64,000 nucleotides of DNA from Octopus vulgaris (Eukaryota). The stretch spans positions 148,304,001 to 148,368,000 of the forward strand of contig OX597815.1 in the NCBI GenBank assembly GCA_951406725.2. Direction: 5' to 3'. A program made the position numbers and the translations under genes. This document shows positions 51,530 to 64,000 of this stretch, piece by piece (within the stretch, counting starts at the first letter, position 1; each line of letters opens with the position of its first letter). The notes under the pieces were generated by a model. That model searched no databases. It saw only the letters and a program-made list of their open reading frames with translations, and had not been told where the DNA came from.

Positions 51530-51836
51530 TTTTTGGATTTGTTTTGAAAGATACTTTATGTGAGTTAATGTGTTGAAGCATATACTGTTTTGTCTGGGGG
51601 GACTTATTCTTTTTTGGTGTTATAATTTAACACACTCATCGGTGAAATTTTCATTTTTTTTGTTTTTTTTACTTTTCCAAAATTTTCTTTGCGTCTTGCA
51701 ACCTTTTCAATAGTTTTGACTCAAAACTTTTGAAAAGGTTGCAAGTCACAACGAAAATTTGAAAAATTAAAGGAAATGAGTGGAAATTTAACTTGTAATG
51801 CACCAAAAGAGAATGACTCTCCCCAGTCACAACAGT
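51528..51836. mobile_element. Fold-back family F, palindromic head-to-head pair centred at ~51720
   Basis: cttgcaaccttttcaatagttttga-c-tcaaaacttttgaaaaggttgcaag; arms extend outward to TA-rich flanks. Confidence 0.85.
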
Positions 51837-52544
51837 ATATGTATATATAGAAGGAGAGAGTGATAAATCGATAAATAGATAGCTAGAGAGATAGGTATAC
51901 ACATTCACAGACACTCACTTGTGTACACATATACACCAGCACACCTACTCATGCACCCGCAAAAGCTTACACGCAGACACTGAAATATTTATGCTATTCA
52001 ATTTCCACCTGATCACATCTATTTCTTTTGTAATTCACCAACTTCACTGCATTGTCCATCGTTATCGATAAAGTTATATTATATTATATACAATAATTAA
52101 GTATTATAGCAATACTTCATGAATACATAACTTTATTTTTTACATAATGTTAAAATATTATCCCCACTCTTTAATTCCAGTTAATCGTGGCTCTGAACGC
52201 ATTACGTTATTTTTTTCAAAACTAATTACTTTTCATTCAATATTTCCATTCACCCATTCAAGCCTTTATTCTAATGAACCTTGGTTGAATCTTAGGAATT
52301 TATCTCAAGCATAAATTTCATCTCTGATAATTATTATTCACTACAAATCATTTAATACTTTTTTTGCTCACAACTACATGCGGTGGTTAATTTCGACAAT
52401 TCAATAGTTCTTATCAGCCATATTCGTAGAAGGACATGAATAAGATCGATAAGATAAAGCGATCAAGATATCTCGATCTGATATATTTCCCATTTGAATT
52501 TTCTGTGAGCTTCTCGTTAATATGATTTTTAATATGGTTCAATG

Positions 52545-53085
52545 CAATCGTTAGCACCGGGCAAAAGGCTTAATGGCATTTCGGTCGGCCTTTACATTCT
52601 GGGTTCAAAATCCACCAAGATCAACTTTGCCTTTCATCTGTCCGAGATATATAAAACAGGGGTCAATGTGATCGATTCACACCCTGTCACGAAATTTCTG
52701 GCTTTAAGACAAAATTAGAAACCTATGTAATGCATTTATGTCGTTACCGTGGCATTTCTTCCGTCATTACGGTCTGAGTTCATATGCAGCGGAAGCCGAC
52801 TTTGCCTCTAATACTTGTAGCGTCCTAACAATAAAAACCAGTAGAGCACTGGCTCTGTCTAATCGACTCATCTACCCATTTAAAAATTGCTAGCCTTGCC
52901 CAAAGCGGGAAGCTAAAATAAGGCATTGAAATACTTACCGGTGTTACGTCCGTCTATACTTTTCAAGTTCTAATGACACCGTGGGTGACTACATGTCAAT
53001 AAAACATGTAGCAGTTGAGCACTCGTGTTGATGTAATAGACTTATCCGACTCCCCGTTGACCTTGTGTCATGTTTTGAAACCAGT
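52545..53085 (+). mobile_element. Three tandem decayed SINE family B units
   Basis: Recurrent ggcattt..gtc..ttac..tct.(g)gttca..gactttgcct..gagcact..aatcgact..tggc/tagcctt..gaaacc. Confidence 0.7.
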
Positions 53086-53640
53086 ATGATGCATTGAAAT
53101 AAAACAGGATAATCACCTTGGTTTCCTTATCTAAATTTAAACGAGAAATACACAATAAATTACTATGTTTCTCCTAAATGTTTAGCATTTTCCTCTTTCG
53201 GGGTTGCTATAGGCAAAATTCATAGAACATTTATCCAAACATAATGATGACTATTGCTGAAAAAAGACACGCGTAAAATAATCTACAGACGTAATCTAAT
53301 ATAACTACCATTTTTCTTTTGCTTCATGCTCATAGGAAAATAAACTGTCGAAAAGTCACACGAATATTACACTTATTGTTCTACAAACATAGCATTCTTT
53401 TTTTGGACGTTTATTTTACCTAGCACGTAAATGGCCTTGATCACAACAACTTGTTTTAGAGTAAAATATATGGTCGTTTTAGAAGGTTGCAGAAATATCA
53501 TTTTAAGTTGATGCCTGCAAACGAAACATAGATGTCATTACCAATATTTTTCGTTTAGAAACGAATGCATATCGCTCCATTTAAGAAACTATATGTATAT
53601 ATATACGTACATACTACGTACATACATACACACACACACG

Positions 53641-53702
<62 letters not shown>

Positions 53703-53756
53703 CATATGTGTGTGGGTTTGTGTGTGTGTGAGTGTACGTATATAAATTTATATATA

Positions 53757-54648
53757 TAATACAGTGTGCATTTAAGTACATTAAGAGGTATCCATCATAG
53801 AACTCCCTTACGCTAGATGGAACAGCTAAAGTTCAAACCACTAATTAGGGATAAAATCTTGAAGAGAATGAAAAATAAAATTTGTTACCATCTATTTCCT
53901 GTACCATGGTTTCTGGCTTTTTTAGCAAAGAAATATATTTAGCAAATAAAGTATATTAATTTTTAATTATTATTCATTCCCTTTGAGATTTTATCCCTAA
54001 TTAGTTGTTTGGATTTTGCTGTTCCATGTAGCGTAAGGGAGTCCTGTGACGGATACCTCTTAATGTGCTCAAATGTACACTGTATTTTATATAAATAATA
54101 TATAGTCTTTTGACTAAATTTTCCATACGCTAGGCCGCTGGTAATAAAAATTTCTAAATTCTTTATTACCTTGATACTAATAATTATGTATAATGATTTC
54201 TGGGATATTTGTTCGAAGAAATTTCGGCATTTTTTGGCTGCCGAAAAAAAAATTGCGCTTGCGCGATTGATTTGAAAAATTTAAATATATAAGCAAGAGG
54301 CAGATGCTGGATTGGCTTGATGCTTAAATGTTTAATCTCGGCGTACCTGTTGACGAATACTTCACCTAGCATCTTATTTTATTTACAAAAAAAAAGTCAG
54401 AAAGCACGTCCGGGAATTAGATGGTAAATGTATTTATTTTTCATTCACTTCGAGATTTTACCCTAATTAGTGGCTTGGACTTTAGCTATTCCTTCTAGCG
54501 TTAGGGAATCCTATGATGGATACCACTTAATGTGTTTAAATGTACACTGTATTTTATATGAATAATATATATTCTACTTACAAATTTTTCTATACGCTAG
54601 GCCACTGGTAGTTAAAATTTCTAAAATCTTTATTACCCTGATATTAAT

Positions 54649-54650
<2 letters not shown>
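53757..54650 (+). mobile_element. Retrozyme-like element: ~467-nt monomer in ~1.45 tandem copies (53970-54650) preceded by an inverted partial copy (53757-53955), between (TA)n tracts
   Basis: tacactgtatttt at 54076 and 54543, gctaggcc at 54129 and 54596 (period 467); 53757-53920 is the reverse complement of ~54395-54555. Confidence 0.8.
54346..54414 (+). ncRNA. Degenerate type I hammerhead
   Basis: cctg-TTGACGA-at-actt[...]aagt-ca-GAAA-GCACG-TC-cggg (C3>T). The inverted copy keeps the 3' half GAAA-CCATGG-TA-cagg (minus, 53898-53913) with palindromic stem III. Confidence 0.65.
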
Positions 54651-54686
<36 letters not shown>

Positions 54687-54715
54687 CGTTTAACCATATA
54701 CACACACATATATAT

Positions 54716-54768
<53 letters not shown>

Positions 54769-54794
54769 TATATATTTATATATGAGTACGTCTG

Positions 54795-54980
54795 CACTTG
54801 TCATCCGACGGACGCTTTGCAACCGATGTTGGTGTGTTTATGGCCCCCGCAGCTTAGCGTTTCAACAAAAGGACCAATAGAATAACTACTAGGCTTACAA
54901 AGAATAAGTCTGCTCCACTAAAGGCGGTGCTCCAACATGGCCGCAGTCAAATAACTGAAACGAGCAAAAGTATAAAAGAA
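54795..54980 (+). mobile_element. SINE family A, 3' half
   Basis: caaccgatgttggtgtgttta..aggcggtgctccaacatggccgcagtcaaataactgaaac. Confidence 0.8.
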
Positions 54981-55026
54981 TCCATATATACAAATTGTTT
55001 ATATTCCATTATGCTGGAATATACAC

Positions 55027-55086
<60 letters not shown>

Positions 55087-58000
55087 TCATATCATATTAT
55101 ATTTTATTATATTATATTATATTATATTATATTATATTATCTTCTGTTATATTATGTTATATTAGAATGCATTATATTAAAATATGTGGAAGAAAGTTTT
55201 GAAACTATACTCATAAACTTCTTAGTACAGAGCAGATTTTCTCCTTTGTTTCTGAATTTATATGCTCAGTAGTATTAATACACTGCACAATATCGATATA
55301 GGAAGTCAAAGAAGGTTACTTAATTCATTGGTTCCAATCATGGTTTTTCAATTAAAGTCTCATATTAATCTGAATATGCTTGGCTAATTATGGATTTCAA
55401 TAATAGTTTCAACAATTATGTCTGTAAAACATTCTTTCTCTTTTTAGTGATGAATATTCTTCTCAGGTCATTTGAAATTTATAGCATAGGCCATTAAGCA
55501 ATATGATAGCGGTGAGTGAAAACCATCAAGCTCATGGTAATTTGAAATTCGTGAAAAAATAATTGAAATTTGGCAACATTTCTCCAAAATAATTTAATGA
55601 TACCAATCGATTCCTTACTAACGGCACATTAAAATGGAAACGTAGTTGCTAGCATATTATATGTTCGGCTTTAATTATTCATACATGCGGTTAATCTCAC
55701 GAAAAATGTCGATAACATACTTCGTGATTATTGTATTAATCTCGATATAGTGAGATGTAAAGCGAGTCTGGTTGGATTTTAAATCAATATGCAAAGACGA
55801 AAACAAAACTTGTATTGAATTTGTTCACGACATTCACTAATTTAACAAAGAACAACATTGGTAAATTCTCAATGCATATTTTACGTCATTCGACACGAAA
55901 GCAAACTACCTCAAATTGAGGCTTCCTTCTCAATAGAACATAAGTATATTTAAATTACAAATATGATTTTAATGGTGCGCATTGTATTTGTGTTAAAATA
56001 TATCATGTAATGAGATAATGAATCTAATTAGAAATACTTATGCAATAATGAGCATAGGGCATCAGCTCAAAGAATTCCATTTTAACCCACCCCTTATTTT
56101 TTACTCATATTATACCTAATTTCTAAAGCCTATAAAAATTCAATTAAGTCGCCAAAAGGCGACATGATAATCTCTATAGGCACATAAAATGCTGTTGCGG
56201 AATGAAAAATTTCGCTTCAGATTAATTATTCATACCATATATATGCAACTAATTATCAAATGTAGGTATCACAAATTCAATTAGAAACATTAGAGAAGTA
56301 TTTAAGTATGTGCCTGATTATGAAATTATTATGTAAGTAGAACAATCGTTAATGCAAAATATAATCAGTGGATCATATAACACTGGAAATACCCATAAGC
56401 AAGTTGGTTGAATTTTTTCTCGGCAGTTTTTTTTCTACAATAAAAATGAGAATCACCAATGACAATCCCTCTTATATTCTCAACACACCTAACAGGTATT
56501 CCTTTAAAAATTTATAACACTTTTTCATCCATAAGTCTTTTCAATTGTTTGGCAGATGTTATATAAATTCAAATAGGTCCAATGCTTGTTCATTTCATTA
56601 TACATATTTAATTCGGCATTACGCAACTTTCCGAATATCGGGCGCCTGTTTGTTTAATAGATTATAACATCTCTATTTTAGGGAATAAAATTTAGACAAA
56701 CCTAGCAAAGCATCAGAATTGTACGACTATACTTTCAGAGCCCGTTAGTAATCATGTTAGAAATCTACGATAAAACACAGTGAAACTTACAAATGTATAT
56801 AATCAATAGCATAAATCTTTACGACTGTAAAAATGATGGATTGTTTTCCCATTAATTTTCAATCGGAAGGAAGAGAAACATTCGTAACCTTCATAATGAT
56901 TAATATTAAATATGTTTAAAAAGTATGGTTTTCTTATTTCTGGTATTAAGAGGGAACGAATAAATGCCATTATTCGCAAATCTTAATTCTGAATGCAACA
57001 ACGCTGAAAAAACAGTCATAATACGCACACCTCCATAAAATACGTACACACACATACACGCACGCACACGAACGTGCACACACATACACGCACATATGTA
57101 CCCAAAGCTTTTTGACATAGATATTTATTTTGCCAAATTGTTTTGAACTGTACCTCTGAAGTGCAGACTTAACTTTCCTTACTTCCATCTAGTTTCGGCT
57201 TAAGCATTTCCAATACGCTTGGATCTATCCTCCTACCTACCCATACATCTGATGAATATATGCGTAGGTGAAAGGATGGACCCACTATGTACGTATAGTA
57301 GACGGAGCTCAATGAAAGAAAAATATTACTCTTAAATGATCTTTCAGTTTGTTTGTTTCTATTATTCCCCTTATGTTTTACCCCTCCCAACGATTTCAGA
57401 TTTTATTTCCATGGATCATAGCTCTTATGTATTCTGGCTTGGAGTCTTAACGTCCTGACTGCTTTTATTTTGTTTTTACCCGTAGATTGTTTGTTTTAAC
57501 GTCGCATAACCACTTGCTGTTCCTTTGTGGAACACTGTTTATATTACACACTTGCAACCACAAAAGTAACGTCATTTATATTACACACTATTTCTGTATC
57601 TGCTCACCAATCTAAATAAACTGGTAATTCAAGCCTTGAATTACTGCTTGAAAAAAAACCCAAGACACATCAAGAAAATATTCTCAGAAAAGCATTAATT
57701 TTGTAATGATTGAAATTAATACTTGAAGGTAGTCACTGCTTTGATAATAACTTCCATTTCCAAATAAAAGGAACAGTGATGCTAACAAAAATAGCCCCCA
57801 TTTACTCAACACTTGTAGTTGTTTCCTAGAAGGCAAATTCTATTCCCAACTACTAGAAACATTTAACTAAACATTCTCCATTTACATAAACATAACAACT
57901 AGAAACTATAGTAAGATTACTGCTTTGCGTTTGGATCAAAATCACGAAGAGCTATGCATCTTTCACTCACTTTTAAATTATGTACGTACCTGATTAAAAT

Positions 58001-59250
58001 TTACTATAGTATAGCACACGAAAGCATTAACATTTTAGGACATATTTCTTCTTAGAGGGGATTAAAATATGGTAAAACGTATTTGACAAAACGTGTTTGC
58101 ACCAGAATTATAGACACAAAATTAAGTGATAAAATATTGCAAAAATGAAAAATGTTTCTAGAAAAATTATGAAAGAAATCCTAATCTACAGAACTCCTAA
58201 GCTACAGAACTCAGAACAAAAGAATCTAACAAAAGAAATGGATAGTCACACCTTCCCTTTATCATCGCATGCCCAAGTAACTAGGGCATTCTGAATGTTG
58301 CTGTACTGTTGATATCATCCAATTCGTCAATAGTACTCATAAATGAACAAACTAAAAACAGAATCAGAAATGATTTATAACAGACGTCACGCATTTAACC
58401 TTCAAAATTTGTTAACAAAAACAAGATTTGAAACAAAAGGCGATATCAATACAGTACAAAAATGTGGTGAACCCTTTTGGAGAATATTCGATTTCATTGA
58501 TGAATGATAAATAATCACCTTTAAAAACAACAATAATTTTAAAATCATTTCAAATATGAATGCAAACCTGAAACATGATTTTATGTCACTTTCGGTGAAT
58601 GCAAAAAATACTACATTGGACAAATGTGTATTAGGTTATGTGAGAGTGTAATGGTATATAGGCAACGAATTCATGAGGCACTCATTAGAAGCACTATATG
58701 TACTGAACAGTTTGAAATATGTTGCAAAAGGATGATTTGTAACCCCTAATGATTTATAAAGATATAATGGGGGACACACCTGAGTGACAACAGTGGGATG
58801 TTCCACTACAAATAAATAGAGAACAGACACAAGTGGTGTCAGTCGGCGAGGTATACCGCTCGGGCCATCCACGCAGACGAAGAAGTACGTCGTTATCATG
58901 CGGAATAAACCACTGTCGAGCAAGACACGACAATTTATCCAGGTGGAAAAATTATCAAAACATATGTAATACTGTACCAACAACTTTCTATTTCTAGATC
59001 TCATATACACATGTATTTTAGAGTACTATTTCTAGTACTCGTATACATGTATTTTAGAATTTTGCTGAGGCATAGCAATAATAATAACTTGGTGTTAAAA
59101 ATCAATATATATACGATTCAGTGATTCAGAATAAAATGTTAGTTGAATACAGGGAGTAATATGGAATTAAATGAAGACAAAAGAACAGGGAATTGTACTA
59201 ATGGACTTTATTGCCTAATTTCTTGTTCCGTTATCATCATTGTTAGCACA

Positions 59251-60673
59251 TTTTGGCTTCAGTCGTAACGAATTTCCGATTTTGTTAAAAACTTTTACAA
59301 AGGATTATTTTCAATTATCAGTATAGTTGCTATTATTTTGAATGACATCTTGCCATTTATCAGGTAACGTTTTGATTCCTCTTGAGTAAAATTCAGCAAG
59401 CCTCGACATGAAGAATCTTTCCAAATCCATTTTCACCTGATTTTCTTGAGGAACTTTTTCCCCAATCACAATATTTTGTAGAAAGCTAGGAAGAAGGAAA
59501 TCAGTTGGTGCAAGGTGCAGGGAATATGATGGCTTGAGAGGAATACACGAGCCCAAATCCAATAGTTTATCTTTCATGATTCTTACTAATGTTTGACTTG
59601 CGGTATCATAGAGAAGCAAAATGTTTCTCCTATTGATTAATACAGGGCATTTTCTTAAAATATTTTCATGCACATGCTGCAGCGGTCGAGATTATATATC
59701 GGTTTTAACGTCTGATTGCGGTTTAAAAACTCAAAAATGAACAAAACTGCGGTGATTCTACCATACACATAGTATAACCATCGTTCCACAGAGCTCAGTC
59801 TTTGGGATAAGTTGCAGAGGACTATTATTGCCAGTTCACAGGATTTTTGCATTGAACATAGTCATAGAAAACCTATTTCCCATTACCTTTAATGTTATTA
59901 TTGAGAAATGTCTTGAAAGAAGACTTGTACCCATGGACATATGATCTTCCCTATTCTTCTCACTAAGAGTACGGGGAACTCAAACAACCAACTTCGTGAC
60001 ATTTCTTATATTTTCAAAGTGGTGACATTTGATGGATTGGGATGTCTTGAGGGCAACTGCTAATCCTCAAGTACTTTTATAGGGATTGAATTCCGCTAAG
60101 TGTCTTAAACAATTATGATGAAAGTCTGCTGAGCGTCCTGGTCCAAAGTGTGATGAGCGTCATCTCTCAATGACAATTCTCTGGAACGAACTTTTGAAAA
60201 CTAATATTTTTTAGCTGTTTCTGTTCTCATAATATCACATGTTGAATATGCACCTCTACTTCATTCATTTTAGGGGATTGAAATTTAATATTCTTTTCTA
60301 CTCTTGGTACAAAACCTGAAATTTTGCATGGAAATGTCCAGTCATTTCCATCGACCCCAGTACGCTACTTGTACTTAATTTATACAGAATGAAAAGCAAA
60401 GCCGACCCCGGTGGAATTTGAGCTCAGGACGTAAAGACAAACGAACTACCGCTAAATATTTCGCCCGGCGTACTAACGTTTCTGCCAGCCCGTCGTTTTG
60501 TGAAATGTAATATTAAACTATGAGGTGCACACTTTCAAGGATTAAATACGAATGACAGATGAGCGCCGTTTGAAAACGATAGTTTCCATTTAAATTTTAA
60601 ACATAGGAAGTTCGGTATGTTCCATTACAATTTACTTTCCAAAGACGGAAATCTTTTATGACTTAATCCAGTA
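59251..60673 (-). mobile_element. Decayed mariner transposon interrupted by a SINE
   Basis: ORF 59311-59673 is a mariner C-terminus (LLLYDTA for HDNA, PSYSLHLAPTDF for PPYSPDLAPSDY, FYSRGIKTLPDKWQDVIQNN). TIR remnants ttggcttcagtcgtaacgaatttccgattt / aaagacggaaatcttttatgacttaatccagTA. Confidence 0.85.
60293..60500 (-). mobile_element. SINE family B monomer with 14-bp TSD
   Basis: TGAAATTTAATATT 60279-60292 and TGAAATGTAATATT 60501-60514 flank a reverse-oriented family B unit. Confidence 0.85.
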
Positions 60674-60679
60674 CATACA

Positions 60680-61110
<431 letters not shown>

Positions 61111-61460
61111 CTTACTAATATGTATATGTGCGTGTGTATGTGTGTGTGTGCCTGTGCGTGTATGTGTGCAGTTGTGGTGGGTTGTACTAGTACACATGCA
61201 TATATACATACAGGTATACAGGTCCGAGATATGATAAACAGAAGTAGATATCATTTGTTCACTTTATACTCGTCACCGAGAAGTTTGCTTGGAACTTCTG
61301 CATTACATGTACCATTGGTAATCTACGAGGATCTCAAACCTCAACAGCAGTAGTTACACATCTAGCATCTAGCTATGCACATCAGATATGCCATATGTAA
61401 GGGCGTGCGCGTATATGCATGTTTGTCCATATTCCATAAAATGTTATATGTTATATATAT

Positions 61461-61824
61461 ATTATATAAAAGGGCTTAGTAAAATAAATTACTTTGCCGC
61501 ATACTGAACTCATTAGAAATAGCAGCTATAAAACTTTTTAAAGCTATTTCTAATACTTAAAGAAAATCTCTCTCATATAGTGTTTGCTTAACTCAACTCA
61601 CAAAAGTTTGGGGTAAGGACATCAAAAAATCAAATGCAAAGGTTTTGCATTTGATTTTTTGATGTCCTTACCCCCAAACTTTTGTGAGTTGAGTTAAGCA
61701 AACACTATATGAGAGAGATTTTCTTTAAGTATTAGAAATAGCTTTAAAAAAGTTTTATAGCTGCTATTTCTAATGAGTTCAGTATGCGGCAAAGTAATTT
61801 ATTTTACTAAGCCCTTTATATAAT
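61461..61824. repeat. Near-perfect 364-bp palindrome (arms ~180 bp, 3-nt spacer GGT at 61641-61643); right arm continues as element sequence to ~61920
   Basis: Arms differ only by single-base homopolymer length changes; the sequence is homologous to the terminal module of the 32112 element. Confidence 0.95.
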
Positions 61825-61922
61825 GTAATAATTTGAATTCGCCTTAAATGGTCCCTTTGCATACTGAACACTTGGTGAAATTGATTAATAATTAATTAAT
61901 TTTACCCTCAATTGTTGAAATG

Positions 61923-61966
<44 letters not shown>

Positions 61967-62733
61967 GTATAAATTAGTTATAACCTGTTGCCGTTGACAG
62001 GTGTCATGCACTTCACCACTGCAAGGTCGAAGTATATGATATCGACAAATAATGCTAATTCCAAACCCTATAGTGTATGTAGTTCTTTGTTGATTAGAAG
62101 CAATATCCAATCATTTATTGAACAATATAAGCTGTAATGAGCAACATGGGATTTCTGGAAATGTCACGTTGCTGCAATTTATATTTATTTAAGTTTTGTT
62201 AATGTATTCACGGACAACTATTATATTACGAATAGGAGAACGCTCGATTGCAAAGTTCATTATTAGATGTAACTTCATAACTAAATGTGTTTCAATCGCC
62301 GACGTTTATGTGGTTCACTAGGATATGATGTGTAATACGCCTAATCAAGACTCATGGTTTTTCAGTCAGTTCCTATTATCTTAATACTGGTAAACTAAGA
62401 TTCAGGAACATATGCCTGAAATTTCATGAAATATTTCTTGTGAGAGAGAAACTACATTCTCTGTATCACGATTGCAACCATAGTGTCTTTTACGGAGAAT
62501 AGTTGGATATGCATGTGAGCAGAAAGTATCCATCACAAAAAGGCTAAAGTCGCTGCACTTAAAACTGCGTTCAAACAATATTCTCTGTGTAACATGGAGT
62601 GCTGGAAGACTTAGGATGATGTATGACAGTGGGCAGGGTCTGTAACATGATTTCGATGGATTGATATTTTGATTCTTGAGTACTTTATATTTTTCATTAA
62701 TTCATCGCTATTTACGGTTTCCGAATATTGCAA

Positions 62734-62737
<4 letters not shown>

Positions 62738-62799
<62 letters not shown>

Positions 62800-62851
62800 A
62801 AGGACATTGAATTGATATTTTATTATATTCCTAATCCAGAAACACATTCGT

Positions 62852-62896
<45 letters not shown>
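62738..62896. repeat. Two (TA)n tracts
   Basis: Direct reading. Confidence 0.95.
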
Positions 62897-62897
<1 letters not shown>

Positions 62898-64000
62898 AAA
62901 TAATATTGATAAAATATTTAAATCAACAGATTTACATTATTAAATTCATGCCAAATGTTTGCTTATAGTTTTAATTGAATACAACTCTTATGATTTCACC
63001 AAAAGTAGCCAAACAAAAATAAGTAAAGCAACGAGTAGAGAGAATATGTAAATAGAAACGGATATAACGAAAGTTGGCCGACGCTGTTTCTTTTTGTGCT
63101 TTTGTGAGCACAAAGAAATTACATCCTTTTACATTGGACATTCATTGTTTCATTGTCAGCATATCTAACAAATTATTTCCGCTTTCTATTTGTATCACAG
63201 TTTGTTCTTGAATTTACTGAATGAAAATATTTGAACATTTAAGGAATTTTTATTTAAATAATATTCTATGCATAGAAAATATTGTAGTAATTAAAAACTT
63301 AAGCTGAAATATGACTACAGTAATTGATTTCTATTTCTAAATGTTCTAACTGAAATAATATGAAAACAGCAACAACAACAAAAAAAAACATGAAAACGAT
63401 GAATAAGAATAAAAGTAACAACAGGAAGGAAATCTGAAATGCAAAACGTATGAATGAGAGGTTTCAATAACGCTATTCAATTGGCTGCCATACATAACTT
63501 GTTTGTTCTTTATTCAGCAGTGAAACATAACAGAATTTGTGCAATTATGTGTCCTCCGATTTTGTTTCGAAAATAAAATAAAGTTGGTAATATGGAAGTT
63601 CTCTTTGGGTTATAGTAATCAAAATACCAAAGATTAATTACAAAACACATACATTATTATATTACTTTAAAATATTATACAACATTTTGAATGATTAATT
63701 TTTTACCTTCATTCATTCTACAAGAATTTCAAAGGTTATTCAATATCGAATATTCACTTCGATTTACCACCTTTTCTCTACCGCTACCTGAATCGCCCAC
63801 TTCTTTGTTTTCAACAATTAAATGTTTTACTGAAGACAATTTTCATAATATATTTCCACCAATCAGTCAAGATGTTTTCATAGAAAACAACTAAACGATG
63901 TCGGCTCATGTAACGTATATTTTATCCGAGATCACGTTGCGAATTTTTTTTCTATGAAATTGGAGGGGTTGTTTATGTATTTGATTGTGTTGTTATCTAC

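Noticed and set aside
57245-57280. CTGATGA-atatatgcgtaggt-GAAA-ggatgg
   Set aside because: Core spacing is suggestive, but stem II is mismatched and there is no UH cleavage site; at best a dead relic.

Overview
AT-rich, repeat-saturated animal genomic DNA; the SINE families and microsatellite load resemble an octopus/coleoid cephalopod genome (recognition, not verified). It is probably intronic or intergenic. It holds many (TA)n/(CA)n/(GATA)n/trinucleotide microsatellites, about 25 tRNA-derived SINE copies from four families, two decayed mariner transposons, a non-autonomous Helitron, and decayed CR1-type, L1/Tx1-type, RLE-type and Penelope retroelement pieces. One near-intact R4/Dong-type RLE non-LTR retrotransposon (34492-38480, minus) carries a single homopolymer frameshift. 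Only one reasonable host exon candidate was found (27862-28357). Main discovery: a set of short non-coding elements, mostly abutting (TA)n tracts, that carry type I hammerhead ribozyme (HHR) motifs (3991, 32309, 32897, 39353, 42045/42392, 49922, 54346). These include 586-nt and ~467-nt partially tandem retrozyme-like monomers sharing a covarying hairpin/pseudoknot module, a tRNA-headed SINE ending in an HHR, and repeated head-to-head inverted insertions including a 364-bp near-perfect palindrome. Together they suggest Penelope-type mobilisation. Almost all ORFs in the supplied track are microsatellite artefacts.
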